Of a DNA stretch of 64,000 nt, positions 10,079 through 22,973 are shown piece by piece. Location of the stretch: assembly GCA_965649825.1 (NCBI GenBank), contig OZ287695.1, positions 1 to 64,000 on the forward strand, written 5' to 3'. A program made the position numbers and the translations under genes. The DNA comes from Penicillus capitatus. Its lineage: Eukaryota; Plantae; Chlorophyta. Every line of letters begins with the position of its first letter. The stretch's first letter is position 1. Under the pieces are notes generated by a model that was given only the letters and a program-made list of their open reading frames with translations, ran no database searches and was not told the DNA's origin.

Positions 10079-13000
10079 AAAATCCGCAAAAGTGCGTCAG
10101 CTTCGAGAAGCGGGCGCGGCCAGCGTGGGGCGTTTTCGACACGGGCAAGCCAGGGGGCACGTCCCCGTCAGTCTGCCGGTTACGTTGGCCCTTATCTCGC
10201 GTTGAGAAGCGGGCGGCGGATGGCGGTCTCTTGGACGCGGTGTCCACAAAATGGGCAAAATCCGCAAAAGTGCGTCAGCTTCGAGAAGCGGGCGCGGCCA
10301 GCGTGGGGCGTTTCGACACGGGCAAGCCAGGGGACACGTCCCCGTGAGTCTACCGGTGACGTTGGCCCCTATCTCGCGTCGAGAAGCGCGCGGCGGATGG
10401 CGGTCTCTTGGATGCGGTGTCAAAGAAATGGGCAAAATCCGCAAAAGTGCGTCAGCTTCGAGAAGCGGGCGCGGCCAGCGTGGGGCGTTTTCGACACGGG
10501 CAAGCCAGGGGACACGTCCCCGTGAGTCTACCGCGTCCGATGGCCCCTATCTCGCGTTGAGAAGCGCGCGGCGGATGGCGGTCTCTTGGATGCGGTGTCA
10601 AAGAAATGGGCAAAATCGGCAAAAGTGCGTCAGCTTCGAGAAGCGGGCGCGGCCAGCGTGGGGCGTTTTCGACACGGGCAAGCCAGGGGGCACGTCCTCG
10701 TGAGGCTACCGCGTCTGATGGCCCCTATCTCGCGTTGAGAAGCGCGCGGCGGATGGCGGTCTCTTGGAGGCGGTGTCCATGAAATGGGCAAAATCCGCAA
10801 AAGTGCGTCAGCTTCGAGAAGCGGGCGCGGCCAGCGTGGGGCGTTTTCGGGACAAGTAAGCCAGAGGGCACGTCCCCGTGAGTCTGCCGGTGACGTTGGC
10901 CCCTATCTCGCGTTGAGAAGCGCGCGGCGGATGGCGGTCTCATGGATGCGGTGTCAAAGAAATGGGCAAAATCGGCAAAAGTGCGTCAGCTTCGAGAAGC
11001 GGGCGCGGCCAGCGTGGGGCGTTTTCGACACGGGCAAGCAAGGGGACACGTCCCTGTGAGTCTGCCGGTGACGTTGGCCCCTATCTCGCGTTGAGAAGCG
11101 CGCGGCGGATGGCGGTCTCTTGGATGCGGTGTCCACAAAATGGGCAAAATGTGCGAAAAGGGCGTCAGCTTCGAGAAGCGGGCGCGGCCAGCGTGGGGCG
11201 TTTTCGACACGGGCAAGCCAGGGGACACGTCCCTGTGAGTCTGCCGGTGACGTTGGCCCCTATCTCGCGTTGAGAAGCGCGCGGCGGATGGCGGTCTCTT
11301 GGACGCGGTGTCAAAGAAATGGGCAAAATCCGCAAAAGAGCGTCAGCTTCGAGAAGCGGGCGCGGCCAGCGTGGGATGTTTTCGACACGGGCAAGCCAGG
11401 GGACACGTCCCCGTGAGTCTGCCGGTGACGTTGGCCCCTATCTCGCGTTGAGAAGCGCGCGGCGGATGGCGGTCTCTTGGATGCGGTGTCCACAAAATGG
11501 GCAAAATCTGCAAAAGTGCGTCAGCTTCGAGAAGCGGGCGCGGCCAGCGTGGGGCGTTTTCGACACGGGCAGGCCAGGGGACACGTCCCCGTGAGTCTAC
11601 CGGTGACGTTGGCCCCTATCTCGCGTTGAGAAGCGCGCGGCGGATGGCGGTCTATTGGACGTGGTGTCCACAAAATGGACAAAATCTGCAAAAGTGCGTC
11701 AGCTTCGAGAAGCGGGCGCGGCCAGCGTGGGGCGTTTTCGGGACAAGTAAGCCAGAGGGCACGTCCCCGTGAGTCTGCCGGTGACGTTGGCCCCTATCTC
11801 GCGTTGAGAAGCGCGCGGCGGATGGCGGTCTCTTGGATGCGGTGTCCACAAAATGGGCAAAATCGGCAAAAGTGCGTCAGCTTCGAGAAGCGGGCGCGGC
11901 CAGCGTGGGGCGTTTTCGACACGGGCAAGCCAGGGAGCACGTCCTCGTGAGGCTACCGCGTCTGATGGCCCCTATCTCGCGTTGAGAAGCGCGCGGCGGA
12001 TGGCGGTCTCTTGGATGCGGTGTCCACAAAATGGGCAAAATCTGCAAAAGTGCGTCAGCTTCGAGAAGCGGGCGCGGCTAGCGTGGGGCGTTTTCGACAC
12101 GGGCAAGCCAGGGGGCACGTCCCCGTGAGTCTGCCGGTGACGTTGGCCCCTATCTCGCGTTGAGAAGCGCGCGGCGGATGGCGGTCTCTTGGATGCGGTG
12201 TCCATGAAATGGGCAAAATCCGCAAAAGTGCGTCAGCTTCGAGAAGCGGGCGCGGCTAGCGTGGGGCGTTTTCGACACGGGCAAGCCAGGGGACACGTCC
12301 CCGTGAGGCTACCGCGTCTGATGGCCCCCATCTCGCGTTGAGAAGCGCGCGGCGGATGGCGGTCTCTTGGATGCGGTGTCAAAGAAATGGGCAAAATCCG
12401 CAAAAGTGCGTCAGCTTCGAGAAGCGGGCGCGGCCAGCGTGGGGCGTTTTCGACACGGGCAGGCCAGGGGACACGTCCCCGTGAGTCTGCCGGTGACGTT
12501 GGCCCCTATCTCGCGTGGAGAAGCGCGCGGCGGATGGCGGTCTCTTGGACGTGGTGTCAAAGAAATGGGCAAAATCCGCAAAAGTGCGTCAGCTTCGAGA
12601 AGCGGGCGCGGCCAGCGTGGGGCGTTTTCGGGACAAGTAAGCCAGAGGGCACGTCCCCGTGAGTCTGCCGGTGACGTTGGCCCCTATCTCGCGTTGAGAA
12701 GCGCGCGGCGGATGGCGGTCTCTTGGACGCGGTGTCCACAAAATGGGCAAAATCGGCAAAAGTGCGTCAGCTTCGAGAAGCGGGCGCGGCCAGCGTGGGG
12801 CGTTTTCGACACGGGCAAGCCAGGGGGCACGTCCTCGTGAGGCTACCGCGTCTGATGGCCCCCATCTCGCGTTGAGAAGCGCGCGGCGGATGGCGGTCTC
12901 TTGGATGCGGTGTCCATGAAATGGGCAAAATCCGCAAAAGTGCGTCAGCTTCGAGAAGCGGGCGCGGCCAGCGTGGGGCGTTTTCGGGACAAGTAAGCCA

Positions 13001-16000
13001 GAGGGCACGTCCCCGTGAGTCTGCCGGTGACGTTGGCCCCTATCTCGCGTTGAGAAGCGCGCGGCGGATGGCGGTCTCATGGATGCGGTGTCAAAGAAAT
13101 GGGCAAAATCGGCAAAAGTGCGTCAGCTTCGAGAAGCGGGCGCGGCCAGCGTGGGGCGTTTTCGACACGGGCAAGCAAGGGGACACGTCCCTGTGAGTCT
13201 GCCGGTGACGTTGGCCCCTATCTCGCGTTGAGAAGCGCGCGGCGGATGGCGGTCTCTTGGATGCGGTGTCCACAAAATGGGCAAAATGTGCGAAAAGGGC
13301 GTCAGCTTCGAGAAGCGGGCGCGGCCAGCGTGGGGCGTTTTCGACACGGGCAAGCCAGGGGGCACGTCCTTGTGAGTCTTCCGGTGACGTTGGCCCCTAT
13401 CTCTCGTCGAGAAGCGCGCGGCGGATGGCGGTCTCTTGGATGTGGTGTCCGTGAAATGGGCAAAATCTGCAAAAGTGCGTCAGCTTCGAGAAGCGGGCGC
13501 GGCTAGCGTGGGGCGTTTTCGACACGGGCAAGCCAGGGGGCACGTCCCCGTGAGTCTGCCGGTGACGTTGGCCCCTATCTCGCGTTGAGAAGCGCGCGGC
13601 GGATGGCGGTCTCTTGGATGCGGTGTCCATGAAATGGGCAAAATCCGCAAAAGTGCGTCAGCTTCGAGAAGCGGGCGCGGCTAGCGTGGGGCGTTTTCGA
13701 CACGGGCAAGCCAGGGGACACGTCCCCGTGAGGCTACCGCGTCTGATGGCCCCCATCTCGCGTTGAGAAGCGCGCGGCGGATGGCGGTCTCTTGGATGCG
13801 GTGTCAAAGAAATGGGCAAAATCCGCAAAAGTGCGTCAGCTTCGAGAAGCGGGCGCGGCCAGCGTGGGGCGTTTTCGACACGGGCAGGCCAGGGGACACG
13901 TCCCCGTGAGTCTGCCGGTGACGTTGGCCCCTATCTCGCGTGGAGAAGCGCGCGGCGGATGGCGGTCTCTTGGACGTGGTGTCAAAGAAATGGGCAAAAT
14001 CCGCAAAAGTGCGTCAGCTTCGAGAAGCGGGCGCGGCCAGCGTGGGGCGTTTTCGGGACAAGTAAGCCAGAGGGCACGTCCCCGTGAGTCTGCCGGTGAC
14101 GTTGGCCCCTATCTCGCGTTGAGAAGCGCGCGGCGGATGGCGGTCTCTTGGACGCGGTGTCCACAAAATGGGCAAAATCGGCAAAAGTGCGTCAGCTTCG
14201 AGAAGCGGGCGCGGCCAGCGTGGGGCGTTTTCGACACGGGCAAGCCAGGGGGCACGTCCTCGTGAGGCTACCGCGTCTGATGGCCCCCATCTCGCGTTGA
14301 GAAGCGCGCGGCGGATGGCGGTCTCTTGGATGCGGTGTCAAAGAAATGGGCAAAATCCGCAAAAGTGCGTCAGCTTCGAGAAGCGGGCGCGGCCAGCGTG
14401 GGGCGTTTTCGACACGGGCAAGCCAGGGGACACGTCCCCTTCAGTCTACCGGTGACGTTGGCCCCTATCTCGCGTTGAGAAGCGCGCGGCGGATGGCGGT
14501 CTCTTGGATGCGGTGTCCACAAAATGGGCAAAATGTGCGAAAAGGGCGTCAGCTTCGAGAAGCGGGCGCGGCCAGCGTGAGGCGTTTTCGACACGGGCAA
14601 GCCAGGGGGCACGTCCCCGTGAGTCTGCCGGTGACGTTGGCCCCTATCTCGCGTTGAGAAGCGCGCGGCGGATGGCGGTCTCTTGGATGCGGTGTCCACA
14701 AAATGGGCAAAATGTGCGAAAAGGGCGTCAGCTTCGAGAAGCGGGCGCGGCCAGCGTGGGGCGTTTTCGGGACAAGTAAGCCAGAGGGCACGTCCCCGTG
14801 AGTCTGCCGGTGACGTTGGCCCCTATCTCGCGTTGAGAAGCGCGCAGCGGATGGCGGTCTCTTGGACGCGGTGTCAAAGAAATGGGCAAAATCCGCAAAA
14901 GTGCGTCAGCTTCGAGAAGCGGGCGCGGCCAGCGTGGGGCGTTTCGACACGGGCAAGCCAGGGGGCACGTCCTCGTGAGGCTACCGCGTCTGATGGCCCC
15001 CATCTCGCGTTGAGAAGCGCGCGGCGGATGGCGGTCTCTTGGATGCGGTGTCAAAGAAATGGGCAAAATCCGCAAAAGTGCGTCAGCTTCGAGAAGCGGG
15101 CGCGGCCAGCGTGGGGCGTTTTCGGGACAAGTAAGCCAGAGGGCACGTCCCCGTGAGTCTGCCGGTGACGTTGGCCCCTATCTCGCGTTGAGAAGCGCGC
15201 GGCGGATGGCGGTCTCTTGGACGCGATGTCCACAAAATGGGCAAAATCCGCAAAAGTGCGTCAGCTTCGAGAAGCGGGCGCGGCCAGCGTGGGGCGTTTT
15301 CGACACGGGCAAGCCAGGGGACACGTCCCCGTGAGTCTGCCGGTGACGTTGGCCCCTATCTCGCGTTGAGAAGCGCGCGGCGGATGGCGGTCTCTTGGAT
15401 GCGGTGTCCACAAAATGGGCAAAATCTGCAAAAGTGCGTCAGCTTCGAGAAGCGGGCGCGGCCAGCGTGGGGCGTTTTCGACACGGGCAAGCCAGGGGGC
15501 ACGTCCTCGTGAGGCTACCGCGTCTGATGGCCCCCATCTCGCGTTGAGAAGCGCGCGGCGGATGGCGGTCTCTTGGATGCGGTGTCAAAGAAATGGGCAA
15601 AATCCGCAAAAGTGCGTCAGCTTCGAGAAGCGGGCGCGGCCAGCGTGGGGCGTTTTCGACACGGGCAAGCCAGGGGACACGTCCCCTTCAGTCTACCGGT
15701 GACGTTGGCCCCTATCTCGCGTTGAGAAGCGCGCGGCGGATGGCGGTCTCTTGGACGCGATGTCCACAAAATGGGCAAAATCCGCAAAAGTGCGTCAGCT
15801 TCGAGAAGCGGGCGCGGCCAGCGTGGGGCGTTTTCGACACGGGCAAGCCAGGGGACACGTCCCCGTGAGTCTGCCGGTGACGTTGGCCCCTATCTCGCGT
15901 TGAGAAGCGCGCGGCGGATGGCGGTCTCTTGGATGCGGTGTCCATGAAATGGGCAAAATCCGCAAAAGTGCGTCAGCTTCGAGAAGCGGGCGCGGCCAGC

Positions 16001-19000
16001 GTGGGGCGTTTTCGACACGGGCAAGCCAGGGGACACGTCCCCGTGAGGCTACCGCGTCTGATGGCCCCCATCTCGCGTTGAGAAGCGCGCGGCGGATGGC
16101 GGTCTCTTGGATGCGGTGTCAAAGAAATGGGCAAAATCTGCAAAAGTGCGTCAGCTTCGAGAAGCGGGCGCGGCCAGCGTGGGGCGTTTTCGACACGGGC
16201 AAGCCAGGGGGCACGTCCCCGTGAGGCTACCGCGTCTGATGGCCCCTATCTCGCGTTGAGAAGCGCGCGGCGGATGGCGGTCTCTTGGACGCGGTGTCCA
16301 TGAAATGGGCAAAATCTGCAAAAGTGCGTCAGCTTCGAGAAGCGGGCACGTCCCCGTGAGTCTGCCGGTGACGTTGGCCCCCATCTCGCGTTGAGAAGCG
16401 CGCGGCGGATGGCGGTCTCTTGGACGTGGTGTCCACAAAATGGGCAAAATCTGCAAAAGTGCGTCAGCTTCGAGAAGCGGGCGCGGCCAGCGTGGGGCGT
16501 TTTCGACACGGGCAAGCCAGGGGACACGTCGCCGTGAGTCTGCCGGTGACGTTGGCCCCCATCTCGCGTTGAGAAGCGCGCGGCGGATGGCGGTCTCTTG
16601 GATGCGGTGTCAAAGAAATGGGCAAAATCTGCAAAAGTGCGTCAGCTTCGAGAAGCGGGCGCGGCCAGCGTGGGGCGTTTTCGACACGGGCAAGCCAGGG
16701 GACACGTCCCCGTCAGTCTGCCGGTGACGTTGGCCCCCATCTCGCGTTGAGAAGCGCGCGGCGGATGGCGGTCTCTTGGATGCGGTGTCCACAAAATGGG
16801 CAAAATCTGCAAAAGTGCGTCAGCTTCGAGAAGCGGGCGCGGCCAGCGTGGGGCGTTTTCGACACGGGCAAGCCAGGGGGCACGTCCCCGTGAGTCTGCC
16901 GGTGACGTTGGCCCCCATCTCGCGTTGAGAAGCGCGCGGCGGATGGCGGTCTCTTGGATGCGGTGTCAAAGAAATGGGCAAAATCTGCAAAAGTGCGTCA
17001 GCTTCGAGAAGCGGGCGCGGCCAGCGTGGGGCGTTTTCGACACGGGCAAGCCAGGGGACACGTCCCCGTGAGTCTGCCGCGTCTGATGGCCCCCATCTCG
17101 CGTTGAGAAGCGCGCGGCGGATGGCGGTCTCTTGGACGCGGTGTCCACAAAATGGGCAAAATCTGCAAAAGTGCGTCAGCTTCGAGAAGCGGGCGCGGCC
17201 AGCGTGGGGCGTTTTCGACACGGGCAAGCCAGGGGACACGTCCCCGTGAGTCTGCCGGTGACGTTGGCCCCCATCTCGCGTTGAGAAGCGCGCGGCGGAT
17301 GGCGGTCTCTTGGACGCGGTGTCCACAAAATGGGCAAAATCTGCAAAAGTGCGTCAGCTTCGAGAAGCGGGCGCGGCCAGCGTGGGGCGTTTTCGACACG
17401 GGCAAGCCAGGGGACACGTCCCCGTGAGTCTGCCGGTGACGTTGGCCCCCATCTCGCGTTGAGAAGCGCGCGGCGGATGGCGGTCTCTTGGACGCGGTGT
17501 CCACAAAATGGGCAAAATCTGCAAAAGTGCGTCAGCTTCGAGAAGCGGGCGCGGCCAGCGTGGGGCGTTTTCGACACGGGCAAGCCAGGGGACACGTCCC
17601 CGTGAGGCTGCCGGTGACGTTGGCCCCCATCTCGCGTTGAGAAGCGCGCGGCGGATGGCGGTCTCTTGGACGCGGTGTCCACAAAATGGGCAAAATCTGC
17701 AAAAGTGCGTCAGCTTCGAGAAGCGGGCGCGGCCAGCGTGGGGCGTTTTCGACACGGGCAAGCCAGGGGACACGTCGCCGTGAGTCTGCCGGTGACGTTG
17801 GCCCCCATCTCGCGTTGAGAAGCGCGCGGCGGATGGCGGTCTCTTGGACGTGGTGTCAAAGAAATGGGCAAAATCTGCAAAAGTGCGTCAGCTTCGAGAA
17901 GCGGGCGCGGCCAGCGTGGGGCGTTTTCGACACGGGCAAGCCAGGGGGCACGTCGCCGTGAGTCTGCCGGTGACGTTGGCCCCCATCTCGCGTTGAGAAG
18001 CGCGCGGCGGATGGCGGTCTCTTGGACGCGGTGTCAAAGAAATGGGCAAAATCTGCAAAAGTGCGTCAGCTTCGAGAAGCGGGCGCGGCCAGCGTGGGGC
18101 GTTTTCGACACGGGCAAGCCAGGGGACACGTCCCCGTGAGTCTGCCGCGTCTGATGGCCCCCATCTCGCGTTGAGAAGCGCGCGGCGGATGGCGGTCTCT
18201 TGGACGCGGTGTCCACAAAATGGGCAAAATCTGCAAAAGTGCGTCAGCTTCGAGAAGCGGGCGCGGCCAGCGTGGGGCGTTTTCGACACGGGCAAGCCAG
18301 GGGACACGTCGCCGTGAGTCTGCCGGTGACGTTGGCCCCCATCTCGCGTTGAGAAGCGCGCGGCGGATGGCGGTCTCTTGGACGCGGTGTCCATGAAATG
18401 GGCAAAATCTGCAAAAGTGCGTCAGCTTCGAGAAGCGGGCGCGGCCAGCGTGGGGCGTTTTCGACACGGGCAAGCCAGGGGACACGTCCCCGTGAGTCTG
18501 CCGGTGACGTTGGCCCCCATCTCGCGTTGAGAAGCGCGCGGCGGATGGCGGTCTCTTGGACGTGGTGTCCACAAAATGGGCAAAATCTGCAAAAGTGCGT
18601 CAGCTTCGAGAAGCGGGCGCGGCCAGCGTGGGGCGTTTTCGACACGGGCAAGCAAGGGGACACGTCCCCGTGAGTCTGCCGGTGACGTTGGCCCCTATCT
18701 CGCGTTGAGAAGCGCGCGGCGGATGGCGGTCTCTTGGACGTGGTGTCAAAGAAATGGGCAAAATCTGCAAAAGTGCGTCAGCTTCGAGAAGCGGGCGCGG
18801 CCAGCGTGGGGCGTTTTCGACACGGGCAAGCCAGGGGGCACGTCGCCGTGAGGCCACCGGTGACGTTGGCCCCCATCTCGCGTTGAGAAGCGCGCGGCGG
18901 ATGGCGGTCTCTTGGATGCGGTGTCCATGAAATGGGCAAAATCTGCAAAAGTGCGTCAGCTTCGAGAAGCGGGCGCGGCCAGCGTGGGGCGTTTTCGACA

Positions 19001-20338
19001 CGGGCAAGCCAGGGGGCACGTCGCCGTGAGGCCACCGGTGACGTTGGCCCCCATCTCGCGTTGAGAAGCGCGCGGCGGATGGCGGTCTCTTGGACGCGGT
19101 GTCAAAGAAATGGGCAAAATCCGCAAAAGTGCGTCAGCTTCGAGAAGCGGGCGCGGCCAGCGTGGGGCGTTTTCGACACGGGCAAGCCAGGGGACACGTC
19201 GCCGTGAGTCTGCCGGTGACGTTGGCCCCCATCTGGCGTTGAGAAGCGCGCGGCGGATGGCGGTCTCTTGGATGCGGTGTCAAAGAAATGGGCCAAATCG
19301 GCAAAAGTGCGTCAGCTTCGAGAAGCGGGCGCGGCCAGCGTGGGGCGTTTTCGACACGGGCAAGCCAGGGGACACGTCGCCGTGAGTCTGCCGGTGACGT
19401 TGGCCCCCATCTCGCGTTGAGAAGCGCGCGGCGGATGGCGGTCTCTTGGACGCGGTGTCCATGAAATGGGCAAAATCTGCAAAAGTGCGTCAGCTTCGAG
19501 AAGCGGGCGCGGCCAGAGTGGGGCGTTTTCGACACGGGCAAGCCAGGGGACACGTCGCCGTGAGGCCACCGGTGACGTTGGCCCCCATCTCGCGTTGAGA
19601 AGCGCGCGGCGGATGGCGGTCTCTTGGACGCGGTGTCAAAGAAATGGGCAAAATCTGCAAAAGTGCGTCAGCTTCGAGAAGCGGGCGCGGCCAGCGTGGG
19701 GCGTTTTCGACACGGGCAAGCCAGGGGACACGTCGCCGTGAGGCCACCGGTGACGTTGGCCCCCATCTCGCGTTGAGAAGCGCGCGGCGGATGGCGGTCT
19801 CTTGGACGCGGTGTCAAAGAAATGGGCAAAATCTGCAAAAGTGCGTCAGCTTCGAGAAGCGGGCGCGGCCAGCGTGGGGCGTTTTCGACACGGGCAAGCC
19901 AGGGGACACGTCGCCGTGAGTCTACCGCGTCTGATGGCCCCTATCTCGCGTTGAGAAGCGCGCGGCGGATGGCGGTCTCTTGGACGTGGTGTCCACAAAA
20001 TGGGCAAAATCTGCAAAAGTGCGTCAGCTTCGAGAAGCGGGCGCGGCCAGCGTGGGGCGTTTTCGACACGGGCAAGCCAGGGGACACGTCCCCGTCAGTC
20101 TACCGGTGACGTTGGCCCCCATCTCGCGTTGAGAAGCGCGCGGCGGATGGCGGTCTCTTGGACGTGGTGTCAAAGAAATGGGCAAAATCTGCAAAAGTGC
20201 GTCAGCTTCGAGAAGCGGGCGCGGCCAGCGTGGGGCGTTTTCGACACGGGCAAGCCAGGGGACACGTCGCCGTGAGTCTGCCGGTGACGTTGGCCCCCAT
20301 CTCGCGTTGAGAAGCGCGCGGCGGATGGCGGTCTCTTG

Positions 20339-21260
20339 CGATGAAGAGTACGTATCTCGTTCGTTTCGGCCTTCTCGCTCGGCGACGCCCTTTCGAGGTC
20401 GAATGGTGGACTCTGGACTGCGGCATTAACCTCGAGTCTCTCACGCGGATCGAGGGAGAGGAGCCCGAGGAGGACGAGCCCGAGGAAGAGGACCCAGACT
20501 CTCTGACTGCAGGCCTGAATTTCTGGAAGCGCGGCACCTTGAAATTCAGGATGCCTGTCACGCGTCGGGCGAAAGGCTTCAGTCCGAAGAACGCCTCACC
20601 TGTGCAAAGGACAGACGGCGTCTCCCGCTTAGGCCACTCCGCCCTTACCGGCCAGAGACACGTGGGCGATGATCCCGATGGACCAAATGTCGGCGGAGGG
20701 ACGCGGCGTGAGCGGCGTCTGTTTCCTCGTCGAGCGAAGGACTACGGGAGCCGAGAACTCGAGGCTGCTGGCCGGAAAGACTTCGCTTTCCAGCCCATCG
20801 AGACGCTTCGTTGTCGGCCAGTTTCCAGTCCATCTCGGAGGAGAGCCACACCATCTTGACTGGCGTCACGTCACCGTGGACAATGACCACACGGTGGAGA
20901 CCCTCGGTGACCCTGAGAATCTACGACACCACCATCCCTCACACGAGCAGAGACAGGACTGGAGAGCAAACGACGTGTAAAGAATGATGCGACTCTGGTC
21001 GACGGTAGCCGCTTCTCGTTGAGCACCTCTGTAAGAGTCAAGTCCCCTCTCTCCAGGACGTGACAGGACGGATACCGAGGCACGTCTTCGATAGTGTCTA
21101 GCACCCTTAACACGTCACAGGCGCCGCGTCTGGTCTCCGAGACGAGCTCAGACAGACATACGGACAAACGCAGTCTTCCTCGGCCAGGTGGTCGTGCGTG
21201 GCGGTCACGCTCTCGAAGCGCCTGTGATTTCGATTGGATAGAATATCCGAGTCACTTCCG
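20339..21260 (-). pseudogene. Ser/Thr protein kinase domain pseudogene whose 3' end abuts the satellite
   Basis: Minus-strand fragments in changing frames: YPSCHVLERGDLTLTEVL (subdomain V), LHRVVIVHGDVTPVKMVWLSSEMDWKLAD (VIb-VII), EFSAPVV...SADIWSIGIIAHVSLAG (VIII-IX), then a gtaag...cacag intron and GEAFFG. Upstream decayed coding sequence probably continues to about 22.5 kb. Confidence 0.75.
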
Positions 21261-22973
21261 TTTGGTGCAGGCGTCGATGGCGAGCCGGCGCCAGATTCTG
21301 GACGGTGTGCCTGGCTCTGTGCGATAACTGCAGCTCGGACGTGAACGGAGAGCGCTGAGGAAACGCAGGGGTAGGACCTGTCTGCGAAGATGTCGGCTTC
21401 TCTCAGGTTCTACAGACTGGGAAGCGTGTCGCCGGTGGAGCGGTTGGTGCCTTCTCCGTAGAACGCGTCGAGGTGCTCTTCCTCTCGTCGTAGACGTCCT
21501 CGTCGCTCGATATCCCACCCGCTGCGGTACAAAAGAACTGTCAAACGTCCAAAGCAGAGACGCGCGGTGGAGACAGACGTACCTATAGCGGATAAGGCAT
21601 GCTCCAGGGCACACTCCATTGAGGTCAGGAAGAGCGCGTTTCCTCCGTCGAGGCCGAACTCTCTCCATCGTCTGCGCAGAATCCCTCGCCCTTGAAAGCA
21701 GAGGCACTCAGACACCGACTTGTCAACGGGTCGGGCGCGAGAATACTCGTTTTTCGCCCGACGAGCTGCTGAAGATCAGAGAAAAACGTGGCACGTGTGC
21801 TTCGAGGGTAACGGCCTTGGACGATACTGCATCACGGGGTGCTTGATTGCATAGGAGTACGACATCGGTGATCTCAACACTGCCTCGTCCTTCGGACACC
21901 GTCTCTGTGGACTGACCACTGTCTAAACCTACGGCCATTCCTGGCGCAAACAGAATACGCGTGACCTTCGCGTCTCCAACACAGCGACGACGGGAACGCA
22001 ACTGCGTTCAGAGAGCGAAGAATGAATTCCTCGCGGCGGGCGGTGCACCTTGGTCATGAGTGACAGATATCTCTGCCTGCTTGTGGAAGAGGCTGATGCT
22101 GCTTCTGTGTTATAGGTAACCAATCCGGGTTCTGTTTCTGGACGCGATTCCGTCTTTCTGACTGCCGAGAGATTCATTCACCTCTCGCAGCTACCCGCCC
22201 GTCCAGTTCTGCGCCAGAGAAAAGAAAAGAACGCGGCACTTCATCAACGACGGCATCCCGGACGTCATCCGTCACGTCACGACGACGGGCGAGGGCTTCC
22301 GACTCCGCGTCTCCATCCAGAGCGCCGAGGGACTCTGTCTTTCGCTCGAAGAGGAGACGCGGAGTCGGAAGCCCTCGCCGCCCGACTGAGAATTCCCTCC
22401 CCTCAAAAACTAGCAGCGGACGGAGGCGCGGACTGTCGGTTCTGGCGCTGGTCGACCCCACGGCGTTCCCGTCGTCGAGGATGAAGACCGCGTGACCATC
22501 GTTCGGGCCGGCGGGTGCGAGGTATGTACGTTATACAGTGCGCCTGAGACTTCGCCTCGGCCACTCTTACACAGACGAGATCCCACTAGTTCGTATCCCA
22601 CGGCTTTCGAAAGAGAAGAAGCTGGGCGAGAGAGTGGTCGATGCGTTTGCTGTCGTCTTGCAAGAGGTAGACATCAAGGGACAGACAGGATAGGAGACTG
22701 CACCATCGGCTGATTCCACAATGCTGAGTCATACATGGCTCTTTAAAAAGCAGGCAACATTAGGGAGCTTTCTATTTATCTATCTATTCTGGACACCCGG
22801 TCAAGCATTTTCTTTCTATTGTGCATCTGCAACCTCTTATGGGCTGAGTGAGATCCCTTCAGTCTCTTCCAACGATAAAACTTGCCGCTCTCAGTAATCT
22901 GACAGTACAGACATAACAGGAGGGAGTCTCTTCGGGTAGAAAGGTCGGTCCAGTTACATGGTTCTGTCACAGA

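Larger units (their letters stand above)
2548..20338. repeat. 178/179-bp tandem satellite array, about 100 monomers (candidate centromeric/pericentromeric satellite)
   Basis: Continuous head-to-tail monomers with period 178 (179 where gcgaaaag replaces gcaaaag). Ends abruptly at ...ggcggtctcttg (20338). Centromeric function is inference only. Confidence 0.97.

Noticed and set aside
9-20429. Hundreds of 60-170 aa ORFs (MGKICKSASASRSG...)
   Set aside because: They are by-products of a stop-poor GC-rich 178-bp repeat whose period is not a multiple of 3; no evidence of coding.
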